Assembly (NCBI GenBank): GCA_027001995.1
Contig: JALTLO010000155.1
Coordinates: 1 to 11,344 of the forward strand
Length of the DNA: 11,344 nucleotides
Source of the DNA: Planctomycetota bacterium
GTDB taxonomy: Bacteria > Planctomycetota > GCA-002687715 > DRQF01
Direction of reading: 5' to 3'
Shown: piece after piece, positions 1-7,600 of the stretch
Numbering within the stretch: the first letter of the stretch is position 1
Layout: each line of letters begins with the position of its first letter
The notes under the pieces: model-generated
The model's input: the letters and a program-made list of their open reading frames with translations, nothing else
Databases searched by the model: none
Told to the model about the DNA's origin: nothing
Program-made: the position numbers and the translations under genes

Positions 1-250
1 GATGGCTCATGGCAAGCTCTTCGTTGCCACCCGAAAGGACTGGGCCAGATTTATGAAGGCGAGAGCTTCGTGCCAAACGAGTTGAAATTTCTGACTGTCG
101 TTTCGAGATTTCTACGGTATGATCATGATTCACCTGGAAGGCCTCTTTGTGTTTGTTTTCGTTGTTGTCGTAAACACAGAATAACAAGACGCAGAGGGGC
201 TTTCTAGGCGTTTCAGGCTATTTCAACATGTTGACGTTGCTTGATTCAGG
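1..250 (-). mobile_element. Probable left end of an IS1380-family insertion sequence, including the transposase N-terminus (GTG at 133, runs off the window)
   Basis: The minus strand begins CCTGAATCAAGCAACG at 250, resembling the CCTGAAT-type ends of IS1380 elements, next to AT-rich sequence. An open frame from GTG 133 reads MNHDHTVEISKRQSEISTRLARSSRLHKSGPVLSGGNEELAMSH, which recalls planctomycete IS1380 transposase N-termini (..I..RL....P.LS..N). Only 44 codons are visible. Confidence 0.4.
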
Positions 251-251
251 A

Positions 252-770
252 TTAGTTATTGTTGTTGATGAATTCTTCGACTTGATTCCAAAAGTCACGC
301 CATTCAGTTGCCTCCGATTCACTTAGAGTTTTCAGGTATATGTCGCTACGAACATCTACCAGGTATCGTGTTTGCATCCAGTCAGCAAGAGAGAGTGAGG
401 CATCTCGCCGACTATTCTCTCCTGATTCGCAATTCTTGTTGACCATCTCGAACTCAATTCTGAGCCAAGACAAGGCTAGCTTACGAGCGATCTTGCTTCC
501 TTCAAGTGCTGCTGCACAAGCCGCTGAGTAGCGATTCCCGGCCTCGGACTCAGGGAATTCTTTGAATGCGATTTTGAACCAAGAGAGCGCTTTCTCCGCG
601 TTGCCAGATCGAAGTGCAAGTTTTGCAAACTTGATGAGTTTCGTTTGTTCCTTGGGTCGTGAATCATTCTTGAGGAAGAACATCAATTGATCTATGCGCT
701 CCAACTGTTTCAATACTCTTTGGTTGTTCCGGCTGAGATTCAATTCCAATCTGTAGGCATCTCTGGCCGA
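252..770 (-). pseudogene. In-frame C-terminal continuation of the kinase-TPR gene after a TAA at 771-773 (the ORF track calls it 252..749)
   Basis: Reading through the TAA gives ...AHFRLGDL*SARDAYRLELNLSRNNQ..., which completes a TPR unit in the same frame. The tail RYSAACAAAL...ALSWLR...EWRDFWNQV matches the C-terminus typical of planctomycete kinase-TPR proteins. Confidence 0.75.
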
Positions 771-2468
771 TTATAGGTCGCCGAGGCGGAAATGAGCTTC
801 CGCAAGAGCCGCGTGAAAATTCTTTTTCTTGGGCACAATCTTGACTGCTTCTTGGAAACACTTGAGTGAGTCCTTGAGTTGGTTATTGCGTAAAACTAGT
901 GTGCCCAATTCACTCCATGCTATTGCTTTGAGCTCTGCATTTCTTGGCCCGTGATGCCTCAACGCGACGCTCCGCCGATAGGCTCTTTCACTGGCATCGA
1001 GAAGTCCCCTGGATCGTAGGGTTGCTCCAAGGGAAACCCAAGTCGGAAGGAAACTGGAAAGAGAATTGAATAACACCGAACTTGGACCTTGATTCGATAG
1101 ACTGACCTTCATTGTTTCCACCAAGTCATCCATTGCTCTATGTCGTTCCGGCCCAGCAGAAGGCAATCCAGCAAGCATAGCATCTAAAATGTCCGTCCTT
1201 TCAATTGCCATCTTGAATTGATAATCCAGCGCCTCAACGCGATCAGCCAACTCCTCTGAAGTCGTCACCAACTCACTTTTGGCTTGGCCCAGTTCTTGGT
1301 TCACAAGCGAAAGCTCAGCGTTCTTCCTGAGAGCCCACAAAGATGTGGACACCAAAATGGCGATCACTGTGATTGTTGATATCGAGATTTCCGGATTTCT
1401 TTGGATCCATCGCATTGCCTTCACCAAGGGGCCAGCTGGCCGAGCTTGAACTGGCTCGTTCTCCAAGAACCTTCTCAAGTCCTGAGCAAATTCAAGCGCT
1501 GTGGGATACCGTCGGTCGCGATCCTTGTCAATCGCAGTCAAGATGATCGCGGAAAGATCTTTGGGAATCTTGGGGTTAATGCTTCTCGGTGATGCTGGCT
1601 CTTTCTGCGAAATGGCTTGATAGAGTTCTTGACGGTTCGCGCCAATAAATGGTCGCCGTAGCGTGCAAGCTTCAAATAACGTCACACCAAGCGAGTATAT
1701 GTCTGTCCGCCGGTCAAGCTTCAGTCGGTGCGCTAACAATTGCTCAGGTGACATATATGGAAGCGTCCCCATCAAGTCACCCGACTGCGTCAAAGTCATC
1801 TCCACCGACTGTTCATCTCTTGCCAGGCCAAAGTCCAAGATACAAGCAGTTCCGTCTTCTCGTACCATCAGATTCTCTGGTTTAATATCCCGATGAACAA
1901 GCCCTACTTCATGTGCCGCATGAAGCGCCCGTGCCGCACTTTCGATGTACCGCACCGCACTTATGATTGCCTCGCGATCAACGTTGTGCGATCCACTGTG
2001 AGAATTGGAGTCCACTTGATCGTCGTCTTTATCAAAGTGAATGTGGATCTCAGTGACCTGATCTTGCTTTTCTCGGTTTCCGGTCTCACTGATGTATGTG
2101 CCGAGTGTTTTGCCGCGTACCAATTCAAAAGCGATGAAGGCAACATCGTCGTGTTCACCAACCTCGTAGACCCTAGCGATTCCTGAGTGGTCAAGCTTGC
2201 TGGCAGCCTCAGCCTCCCGCTCAAACCGTAGCTTGGCCGAACTTGAAAGATTGTACCCACCAATCAGAATCTTGAGTGCCACCTGTCGATGTAGATTCTC
2301 GTCTTCCGCTAAGTAGACATAGCCTTGCCCACCGTGCCCAAGTTCCCTTAGCAGTTTGTAGCCGCCAATCTTCCGTCCCTGGATACCCATCTGAATTGTC
2401 GCGGGATCAGATTGGCCGGAATCGCCCTGTTCTTCTATAGGTGTTGTGACCTTGTCGTCTGTGCTCAT
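771..2468 (-). CDS. Hanks-type Ser/Thr protein kinase with a TM-like segment, coiled coil and TPR repeats (5' part of an interrupted gene)
   Basis: Kinase motifs GHGGQGYVY, VALK, HRDIKPEN, DFG, GTLPYMSPE and DIYSLG are present. These are followed by the post-kinase FLENEPVQARP motif, a hydrophobic stretch ISISTITVIAILVSTSLWAL, and TPR-like helices. Confidence 0.95.
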   Translation of the reverse strand: MSTDDKVTTPIEEQGDSGQSDPATIQMGIQGRKIGGYKLLRELGHGGQGYVYLAEDENLHRQVALKILIGGYNLSSSAKLRFEREAEAASKLDHSGIARVYEVGEHDDVAFIAFELVRGKTLGTYISETGNREKQDQVTEIHIHFDKDDDQVDSNSHSGSHNVDREAIISAVRYIESAARALHAAHEVGLVHRDIKPENLMVREDGTACILDFGLARDEQSVEMTLTQSGDLMGTLPYMSPEQLLAHRLKLDRRTDIYSLGVTLFEACTLRRPFIGANRQELYQAISQKEPASPRSINPKIPKDLSAIILTAIDKDRDRRYPTALEFAQDLRRFLENEPVQARPAGPLVKAMRWIQRNPEISISTITVIAILVSTSLWALRKNAELSLVNQELGQAKSELVTTSEELADRVEALDYQFKMAIERTDILDAMLAGLPSAGPERHRAMDDLVETMKVSLSNQGPSSVLFNSLSSFLPTWVSLGATLRSRGLLDASERAYRRSVALRHHGPRNAELKAIAWSELGTLVLRNNQLKDSLKCFQEAVKIVPKKKNFHAALAEAHFRLGDL

Positions 2469-2566
2469 CGATTACTCACTACCAGGTTGAGCTGACATCA
2501 GAAGGGGTGAGCGCGGAATTGGCAAGGCGAGAGAAAGAGCCATTGATGCGTCACTTCGGCAAGTTC

Positions 2567-3232
2567 TCAGGATCCTCGGAAGACTCTGTGGGTCCAGATA
2601 TCAAACATATGGAGCAAAGATCCATCAGCCCCTGAGTACACGACCACCCGGCCAGCTTGAGGGATCGTGGAGTTTGACGATGCGGCATCAGAAATTCCAA
2701 TAATCACATCATCGAAGCCATCGTTATTGACATCGCCGGCTCCACTGACGGAATTGCCAAACGTATCACCCATCTGTGTGCCAAAGAAAGAATAGAGCAG
2801 GCTGCCGTCGAACCCGGAGTAGACCCATGCGCTCCCGCCATTCTGGGCGAGAGTACCGTCAAAATGAGCTCCGATGATGAGGTCTGCGTAGCCATCTTGA
2901 TTGACATCCCCAGCATCGCTCACTACCGCGCCAAAGAAATCGCCGGCGGAATTGCCATAGAAAGTATAAAGGATGCTGCCATCTAGGCCGCTAAAGACGC
3001 GAGCACTCCCAGAATCTTTCCCCAAGTCGTCATCCCGAAAGGCGCCAACGATCACATCATCGAAGCCATCGTTGTTAACGTCGCCAGATCCACTCACACT
3101 TCTTCCCAAATTGTCGAAGGTCACTGGTCCGCTATAAGCGTACGCACCACTGAATTGACCTAAACAAGTGAGGCCCAACGACCCCACGCTGAGAACAACG
3201 ACCATAGTCAATTTGGCAATTCGATTCGTCAT
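2567..3232 (-). CDS. Secreted FG-GAP (integrin alpha beta-propeller-type) repeat protein, probably C-terminally truncated
   Basis: The signal-like N-terminus MTNRIAKLTMVVVLSVGSLGLTCLGQ starts at ATG 3232 with purine-rich GGAAGAGGG upstream. Three repeats follow: GDVNNDGFDDVIVGA, GDVNQDGYADLIIGA and GDVNNDGFDDVIIGI. Confidence 0.85.
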   Translation of the reverse strand: MTNRIAKLTMVVVLSVGSLGLTCLGQFSGAYAYSGPVTFDNLGRSVSGSGDVNNDGFDDVIVGAFRDDDLGKDSGSARVFSGLDGSILYTFYGNSAGDFFGAVVSDAGDVNQDGYADLIIGAHFDGTLAQNGGSAWVYSGFDGSLLYSFFGTQMGDTFGNSVSGAGDVNNDGFDDVIIGISDAASSNSTIPQAGRVVVYSGADGSLLHMFDIWTHRVFRGS

Positions 3233-3341
3233 TTTGAAGGGCCCTCTTCCTGTTGATGAAATGATGCTCATTATCATAGGCGTAATGAGGCCAAGATCGT
3301 TACGGGAATTCTAATAGTAATTCGGAATCGCAACGGGTACG

Positions 3342-3374
3342 AAAAAGCGGGGATTCACCGAAGTGAATCCCCGC
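3342..3374 (-). terminator. Rho-independent terminator of the HMA-like gene
   Basis: The minus strand reads GCGGGGATTCAC-TTCG-GTGAATCCCCGC-TTTTT: a perfect 12-bp stem, a cUUCGg tetraloop and a U-tract, 22 nt after the TAA at 3397. Confidence 0.9.
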
Positions 3375-3396
3375 CCTATTTTCGAAGAAGAAAAGC

Positions 3397-3990
3397 TTAG
3401 TTCTTGCTGACTGGCTTGGCCTTCTTAACCAAAACGCGTGTACTGAAAGCAGTCACTTTGAAGCGACGATCTTTCTGGATCAGCTTGGTGGCGCTATCTT
3501 TGGAGAGAACTCCAGACTTGCTGGCGCGCACAAAAACCTTATGGGTGTCACCGTGGGGATAGGCGACGATGACGCCATCTTTCTTTTCGAGCATCGCACG
3601 GATGCTCTTAGCTGTCTTCTGTCAGGCAAGGCCTTTCACGGAGATCTCATAGACCTCATGGGCCACGGCCCGTGAACTCTTAGTCACTGCGGAGACTTTG
3701 AGTCCGCGACCAAGGGCCTTGTTGATGGCGTCAACAGTGGGTGCTTTGCCGTTTTTCGTCTTAATGACACCACGGGCTGTGGTGTCTACCATGGCGTTTT
3801 CTACGTTTTCCATCTTTGCGAGAGCCACACGGGCTTTCTTGGCCATATCGGCCGCTCCTCAGTTAGCGATCCCGCTGATCTGAACAAGATAGACTGTTTC
3901 GGTCTTTGACTGCTTCTTGGTGTCGACTTGAGCCCCAAGGGACAAGCACGTGACAGCAAAAAGAGCAGCAAGAAGAGCTGATGTCTTCAT
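3397..3990 (-). CDS. Secreted tandem heavy-metal-associated (HMA/MerP/CopZ-like) domain protein with two in-frame TGA codons, putative selenoprotein (197 aa; U44, U123)
   Basis: An AAGGAG RBS precedes ATG 3990 and the signal peptide MKTSALLAALFAVTCLSLGA-Q. One frame continues through TGA 3861-3859 (TVYLVQISGIAN-U-GAADMAKKARVALAKMENVENAMVD) and TGA 3624-3622 (EVYEISVKGLA-U-QKTAKSIRAMLEKKDGVIVA) to TAA 3399-3397 and the terminator. This joins track ORFs 3622..3846 and 3397..3594. Confidence 0.8.
3589..3607 (-). promoter_or_regulatory. Candidate bacterial SECIS hairpin for the second UGA
   Basis: Minus strand GAGCATC-CGTGC-GATGCTC, a perfect 7-bp stem. The loop begins 21 nt after the UGA, has G in position 2, and is nearly identical to the loop of the first hairpin (CGTGY). 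Confidence 0.7.
3820..3838 (-). promoter_or_regulatory. Candidate bacterial SECIS hairpin for the first UGA
   Basis: Minus strand GAAAGCC-CGTGT-GGCTCTC (AGCC/GGCT core stem, extended past one mismatch). The loop begins 27 nt after the UGA and has G in position 2. Confidence 0.55.
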
Positions 3991-4017
3991 TTACAAACTC
4001 CTTGGAAACTGATGTTG

Positions 4018-4044
4018 AATCGTCGGGAAGCCTCTGGGCATTCC
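4018..4044 (-). promoter_or_regulatory. Possible ECF-sigma-type promoter of the HMA-like gene
   Basis: Minus strand GGAAT-N17-CGATT, ending about 27 nt before ATG 3990. It resembles the generic ECF pattern GGAAC-N16/17-CGT. The motif is short and could be chance. Confidence 0.25.
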
Positions 4045-4643
4045 AACTCATCTATCTAACACGCCCCATGCAGAACGATTCACGAATTCACCCAGCAAAG
4101 GCAAAATTCCTGAGCGCCGAAGAAAATAATTGGTCTCGGGAGATCGGCGTTGTTGGACCGGAAGCGACATAAGAGCCGTCAAGCAAAGGCATTATGAATA
4201 ACTATTCTCATCTTCGAAGACCTTTTGTTCGGCCCAAGAATGGGGAGCAAAAACATCAGTTCTCATGGCCAATTGAGATTGCAAAGGCCAACAGGGAATA
4301 TCTGCTCTTCCGAGAAATCGAAATCGCAAGGCTCTGGAGCCAAGAATGGAAACTTGGGTTTTTTCTCAGCCAAACTCACACCACAACGTGGGCTCCGTAC
4401 CGAATAGTGCTGGCAAGCCAATTCCAGCCCTGACTTTGATGATGGTCAGAGATTTGTTGGAGCAATTCCACAAAGCCGTAATTTCCTGCCGTACGACTTT
4501 CTGTCCCGGAGTCCATTGGCCCCGATTGAATACGCTCCCACCGAACATCGGCTTGCACCTTATGTAGGAGTGAGGTCCTGGTCGTTGCCTGTTGGGCCTA
4601 GGTGGTCCAACAGAATCCTTCCCGTTCGAAAAGGAGCTCCCCG

Positions 4644-6158
4644 ATGAGATTGTTCAATCACATCTGCGCCCCCGCGCTCATTCTCCTGATGGCCTTTGCC
4701 GTGCCAGTCTTTTCCCAGGTCGACGTTTCTTGCTTGTCCATTGACGCGCCAAGTATAAACGCCTTAGATTGCACCACCCTCTTGAGCCAGAACGAATCGA
4801 TCTCAGTGACGATTCGTAACGAAGCGAATGCCTCCATCCTCTCAGGTACGTTTCTGCAATTTGATGTCCGAGTCAACGGTGCCATCGTTTTGTCAGAGTT
4901 TTTCGCCTTAGTCAATGACCTCAACTCAGGGGCCACTTTGCCTTTGACTCTTGTTGGCAAAGTCGATCTTTCGGCCTTAGGCAACCATACTTTAGATGTC
5001 ACCTGTTTGGCACCAATGGATGCAAACCCAGCCAACGATATGGCCAGCATTACCTACTCCAACCCTGGTGCTCTGCCTCAGACTGTTGGCTACGTTGAGG
5101 ACTTCAACAGTCTGCCCTCCAATGGTGGAGCATTCTCCCCCACCATCTTTGATGTGCCCCCGGGATGGAATAACGATGGGTCTGACGCTGCCAGCCTAGC
5201 TGGCAATACGGTTCCTGATTGGGCACCCAACGACAACACAACTGGTTCGAATCAAGGTCCTTTGGCTGATCACAGCACCGGTGCGGGTATCTACATGTAT
5301 CTGGAGGATTCGCCATCTCAGGTGGGAGACGTTGAGCTGTCCTCACCCTGCTTAGACACCCAAAGTGCCCAATCTCAACCGCGAGCGAGTTTTTGGTATG
5401 TGAGCCGTGAATCTGCGGGTTCCACAGCGGACAACATCCTTAACATCGATATTGTTGACGAAGACAGTGGGGGCGTTGTCACTCTTGCCATTGTTGCCTT
5501 GCCGGGTAATGGCTCTACTGATTGGGTGCGCCAATCAATCGATTTATCTGCCTTTGCCCCAAGCCGGGTTCGAGTCATCTTCAGGGCCAACAATAACAAT
5601 GGCACTTTCACCGACGACATTGCCATCGACGTTTTTTCTTTCTTTGACTTCGTTCCTGGACTCGGCCAAGCACCAAGAACCTCGATTGCGACCTTCGACA
5701 TGAACGGAGCGCTCAACGCCACCGGCGACAATATCGCTACCGATGCCAAAGGCCCCTACTTCGCCAGCATGACTGTGGGTGCGAACCTGAATATGAGCTG
5801 GAGCGGATCGCCCAACCAGCCCATGGCCTGCCTCTACGGCAACATGAATCTCAAGTCTGCCACTTACGGCGCTGCCATCGGGCAGACAGACATTGGTGGC
5901 CCAGGCGTTGATGTCAACGGCTATCCCTTGAATCTACAAATCTTCGGCGATGGATTTGCCTGGTTGAGGAATCCTGGTTTCTCAAACCAAGACGCCTTCT
6001 TCTTCACCGGCAGTAGTGGAATCGGTGGATTCGGTGCCGTTGTCCCCAACCTTGGCCTCCCACCGGGCACTGTCGTCACATCGATGCAATGCCTGATGGC
6101 CGACCCTGTGGCGCCATTCTTCCGCTTGTCCAACGCCATCGAATTGACCGTGTTCTAA
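4644..6158 (+). CDS. Secreted/surface protein with a CARDB/Ig-like N-terminal domain, a MAM-like domain and an uncharacterised C-terminal domain
   Basis: An AAAGGAG RBS precedes ATG 4644 and a signal peptide ending VFS-Q. Ig-like segment: ISVTIRNE...GNHTLDVT...DANPAND. MAM-like motifs: GPLADHSTGAGIYMYLE, ELSSPCLD, SFWY, WVRQSIDLS, DIAID. Confidence 0.85.
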   Translation: MRLFNHICAPALILLMAFAVPVFSQVDVSCLSIDAPSINALDCTTLLSQNESISVTIRNEANASILSGTFLQFDVRVNGAIVLSEFFALVNDLNSGATLPLTLVGKVDLSALGNHTLDVTCLAPMDANPANDMASITYSNPGALPQTVGYVEDFNSLPSNGGAFSPTIFDVPPGWNNDGSDAASLAGNTVPDWAPNDNTTGSNQGPLADHSTGAGIYMYLEDSPSQVGDVELSSPCLDTQSAQSQPRASFWYVSRESAGSTADNILNIDIVDEDSGGVVTLAIVALPGNGSTDWVRQSIDLSAFAPSRVRVIFRANNNNGTFTDDIAIDVFSFFDFVPGLGQAPRTSIATFDMNGALNATGDNIATDAKGPYFASMTVGANLNMSWSGSPNQPMACLYGNMNLKSATYGAAIGQTDIGGPGVDVNGYPLNLQIFGDGFAWLRNPGFSNQDAFFFTGSSGIGGFGAVVPNLGLPPGTVVTSMQCLMADPVAPFFRLSNAIELTVF

Positions 6159-6203
6159 ACCGAAGACAAGATTCCCTCGTACGGGGAGCGCACTTCCTGT
6201 GGC

Positions 6204-6242
6204 AAAACCGCGGAGCACGCCAAGCGTGTTCCGCGGTTTCTT
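6204..6242. terminator. Probable bidirectional terminator between convergent genes
   Basis: AAACCGCGGAGCACGC-CAA-GCGTGTTCCGCGGTTT is a 16-bp stem with one G-T pair, with T-rich sequence after the GC core on both strands. It lies between the stops at 6158 (+) and 6275 (-). Confidence 0.8.
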
Positions 6243-6274
6243 CGGTGGATCGACGGTGCCTTCGAGGCGAATAC

Positions 6275-7600
6275 TTAATTGTCAATCAAGTGAGAAAGAT
6301 CACCAACGGCCTCGTCCAAATCGGCATAGCCATTGCTTACTTTCTTCATCATCATTCCATTGCCCTTGCGGGTTTCCTCACGACTGTAACCATCGGGCCC
6401 AGGTTTGATCGCGATCGAACGGTTGGTGTCGCCCCCCATGTCTTTGAGGAGTCGCCCGCCCATGGATTCTTTCTTGAAACGATCCATTTCCTTGGGCAAC
6501 AAGATTGCCGCAAGGTCACGATTCCATCCCGTTTGAATGCGGCTCCAATCTTTCTCCCAAGTTGGAATTTCAATTTGATAGCCGTCGTCGGTTTCTTTGA
6601 CCACCGCGTGAATCTTCTCTTGCTCTTTGATCTTTTCTTCAAGCTGCTCAAAAGCAGCCACAAGAGCTTCTTCTCGCGCAGGCTCTAAGTCCAGCAATTT
6701 TGCAATGTCCCGAGGCCCGGCTTTTTCTTCTAGTTGGGCACCTTCAGCTTGACGTTTCTTGAAGTCTGCCACGGATGCTTCGACCTTCTCTTTTTCTTGA
6801 CGAAGGGACGCCATTTCCTCGGCCTGACTTGCTTTCGCCGTCGACAATTCTTTCACTTTCGCTTGAAGATTCTTGATCAAATCCGCTTGTTTCGCGAACG
6901 CCATTTCCCCTTCTTCTCCCCGAGGAACCCGACGGGGAACAATGCCTACGCGCAAGTCATCTTTGTCATCCCCTCGCGAGACATGAGCCGTTTCGCCTGG
7001 CCCAATTTGGTCGGCGTCGCCACCATCACCGCGAAACACAACAGCCCCTACCAGAACGCCGACAGTCAAAATTCCTGCTGAACTCAAAACACTCTTAGGG
7101 TCCACGGCTCTCTCCTCTTCGTACGACACATGAAAACTTGCATTCTTCGTAATAACGGATCCAAAATCGGTAACCACTTCAAAAGCCTCTCTTCCCGGCG
7201 ACACATCCAAACCGATGCCGCCTTCATAAAGGCGAATAAGACGGGGGCCAAGAAACTCATAGCGAGCTTCGGGTGACAAGGCAGAGACGAGGGCTCGGTC
7301 TGAGACCCTATCGTTCTTGACTTGCTTCAGATTCATTCGCTCGGAGCCATAAGCCCCCAAGAAAATCGCAATCAAAAACAAGGCCAACGCCATCACGGGC
7401 TTTGGCACGGGCCGTCGTTCTTTGAGATCTACCCTGTCAGTCACCTTCGTCAACGAAGCCTCCAGCGCCTGAACTTGGCTCAAAGAAGTCCTGCACCTGG
7501 AGCAGGCAAGAAGATGTTTAGAAACCGACGCCTCCTCATCTTCCACTAAGGCTCTTAGCTGCCAGGATTCAAGAAGTTCTTCGACTTCTGGACATTTCAT
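6275..7600 (-). CDS. Anti-sigma factor: zf-HC2 (ZAS) zinc finger, TM helix, FecR-like domain, coiled coil
   Basis: ATG 7600 overlaps the sigma stop (ATGA) and has GGAGG upstream. MKCPEVEELL...HLLACSRC gives the HxxxCxxC motif, followed by TM VMALALFLIAIFLGAYG and FecR-like RLYEG...FEVVTDFGSVITKNASFHV...VGVLVGAV. A heptad-rich segment reads LIKNLQAKVKELSTAK...LRQEKEKVEASV. Confidence 0.85.
   Translation of the reverse strand: MKCPEVEELLESWQLRALVEDEEASVSKHLLACSRCRTSLSQVQALEASLTKVTDRVDLKERRPVPKPVMALALFLIAIFLGAYGSERMNLKQVKNDRVSDRALVSALSPEARYEFLGPRLIRLYEGGIGLDVSPGREAFEVVTDFGSVITKNASFHVSYEEERAVDPKSVLSSAGILTVGVLVGAVVFRGDGGDADQIGPGETAHVSRGDDKDDLRVGIVPRRVPRGEEGEMAFAKQADLIKNLQAKVKELSTAKASQAEEMASLRQEKEKVEASVADFKKRQAEGAQLEEKAGPRDIAKLLDLEPAREEALVAAFEQLEEKIKEQEKIHAVVKETDDGYQIEIPTWEKDWSRIQTGWNRDLAAILLPKEMDRFKKESMGGRLLKDMGGDTNRSIAIKPGPDGYSREETRKGNGMMMKKVSNGYADLDEAVGDLSHLIDN

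Noticed and set aside
771..773. Sec or Pyl recoding of the internal kinase stop
   Set aside because: The codon is TAA, and the position is a variable TPR site rather than a Cys-equivalent one.
2703..3073. 23-nt direct repeat as a CRISPR or mobile-element repeat
   Set aside because: There are only two copies, both encoding the same FG-GAP motif (NDGFDDVI).
3397..3846. ORFs 3397..3594 and 3622..3846 as independent small genes
   Set aside because: Each begins and ends mid-domain, and they are in frame with each other and with an upstream signal peptide. One recoded gene explains them better.
3397..3990. Genome-wide TGA reassignment (genetic code 4 or 25) as the reason for the in-frame TGAs
   Set aside because: Other genes here end properly at TGA with ATGA overlaps (7597, 10057, 10830), use TGG for Trp, and run long without internal TGA.
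4050..4600. Short ORFs or a riboswitch/ncRNA in the long divergent intergenic region
   Set aside because: The 60-79 aa ORFs have no recognisable motifs or convincing RBS. The GGCAAA near 4100 lacks the rest of a c-di-GMP-I riboswitch pattern. An ncRNA cannot be excluded without an Rfam search.
6089..7081. Plus-strand ORFs of 199 aa and 115 aa
   Set aside because: They are antisense shadows of the anti-sigma gene, and the first also crosses the terminator.
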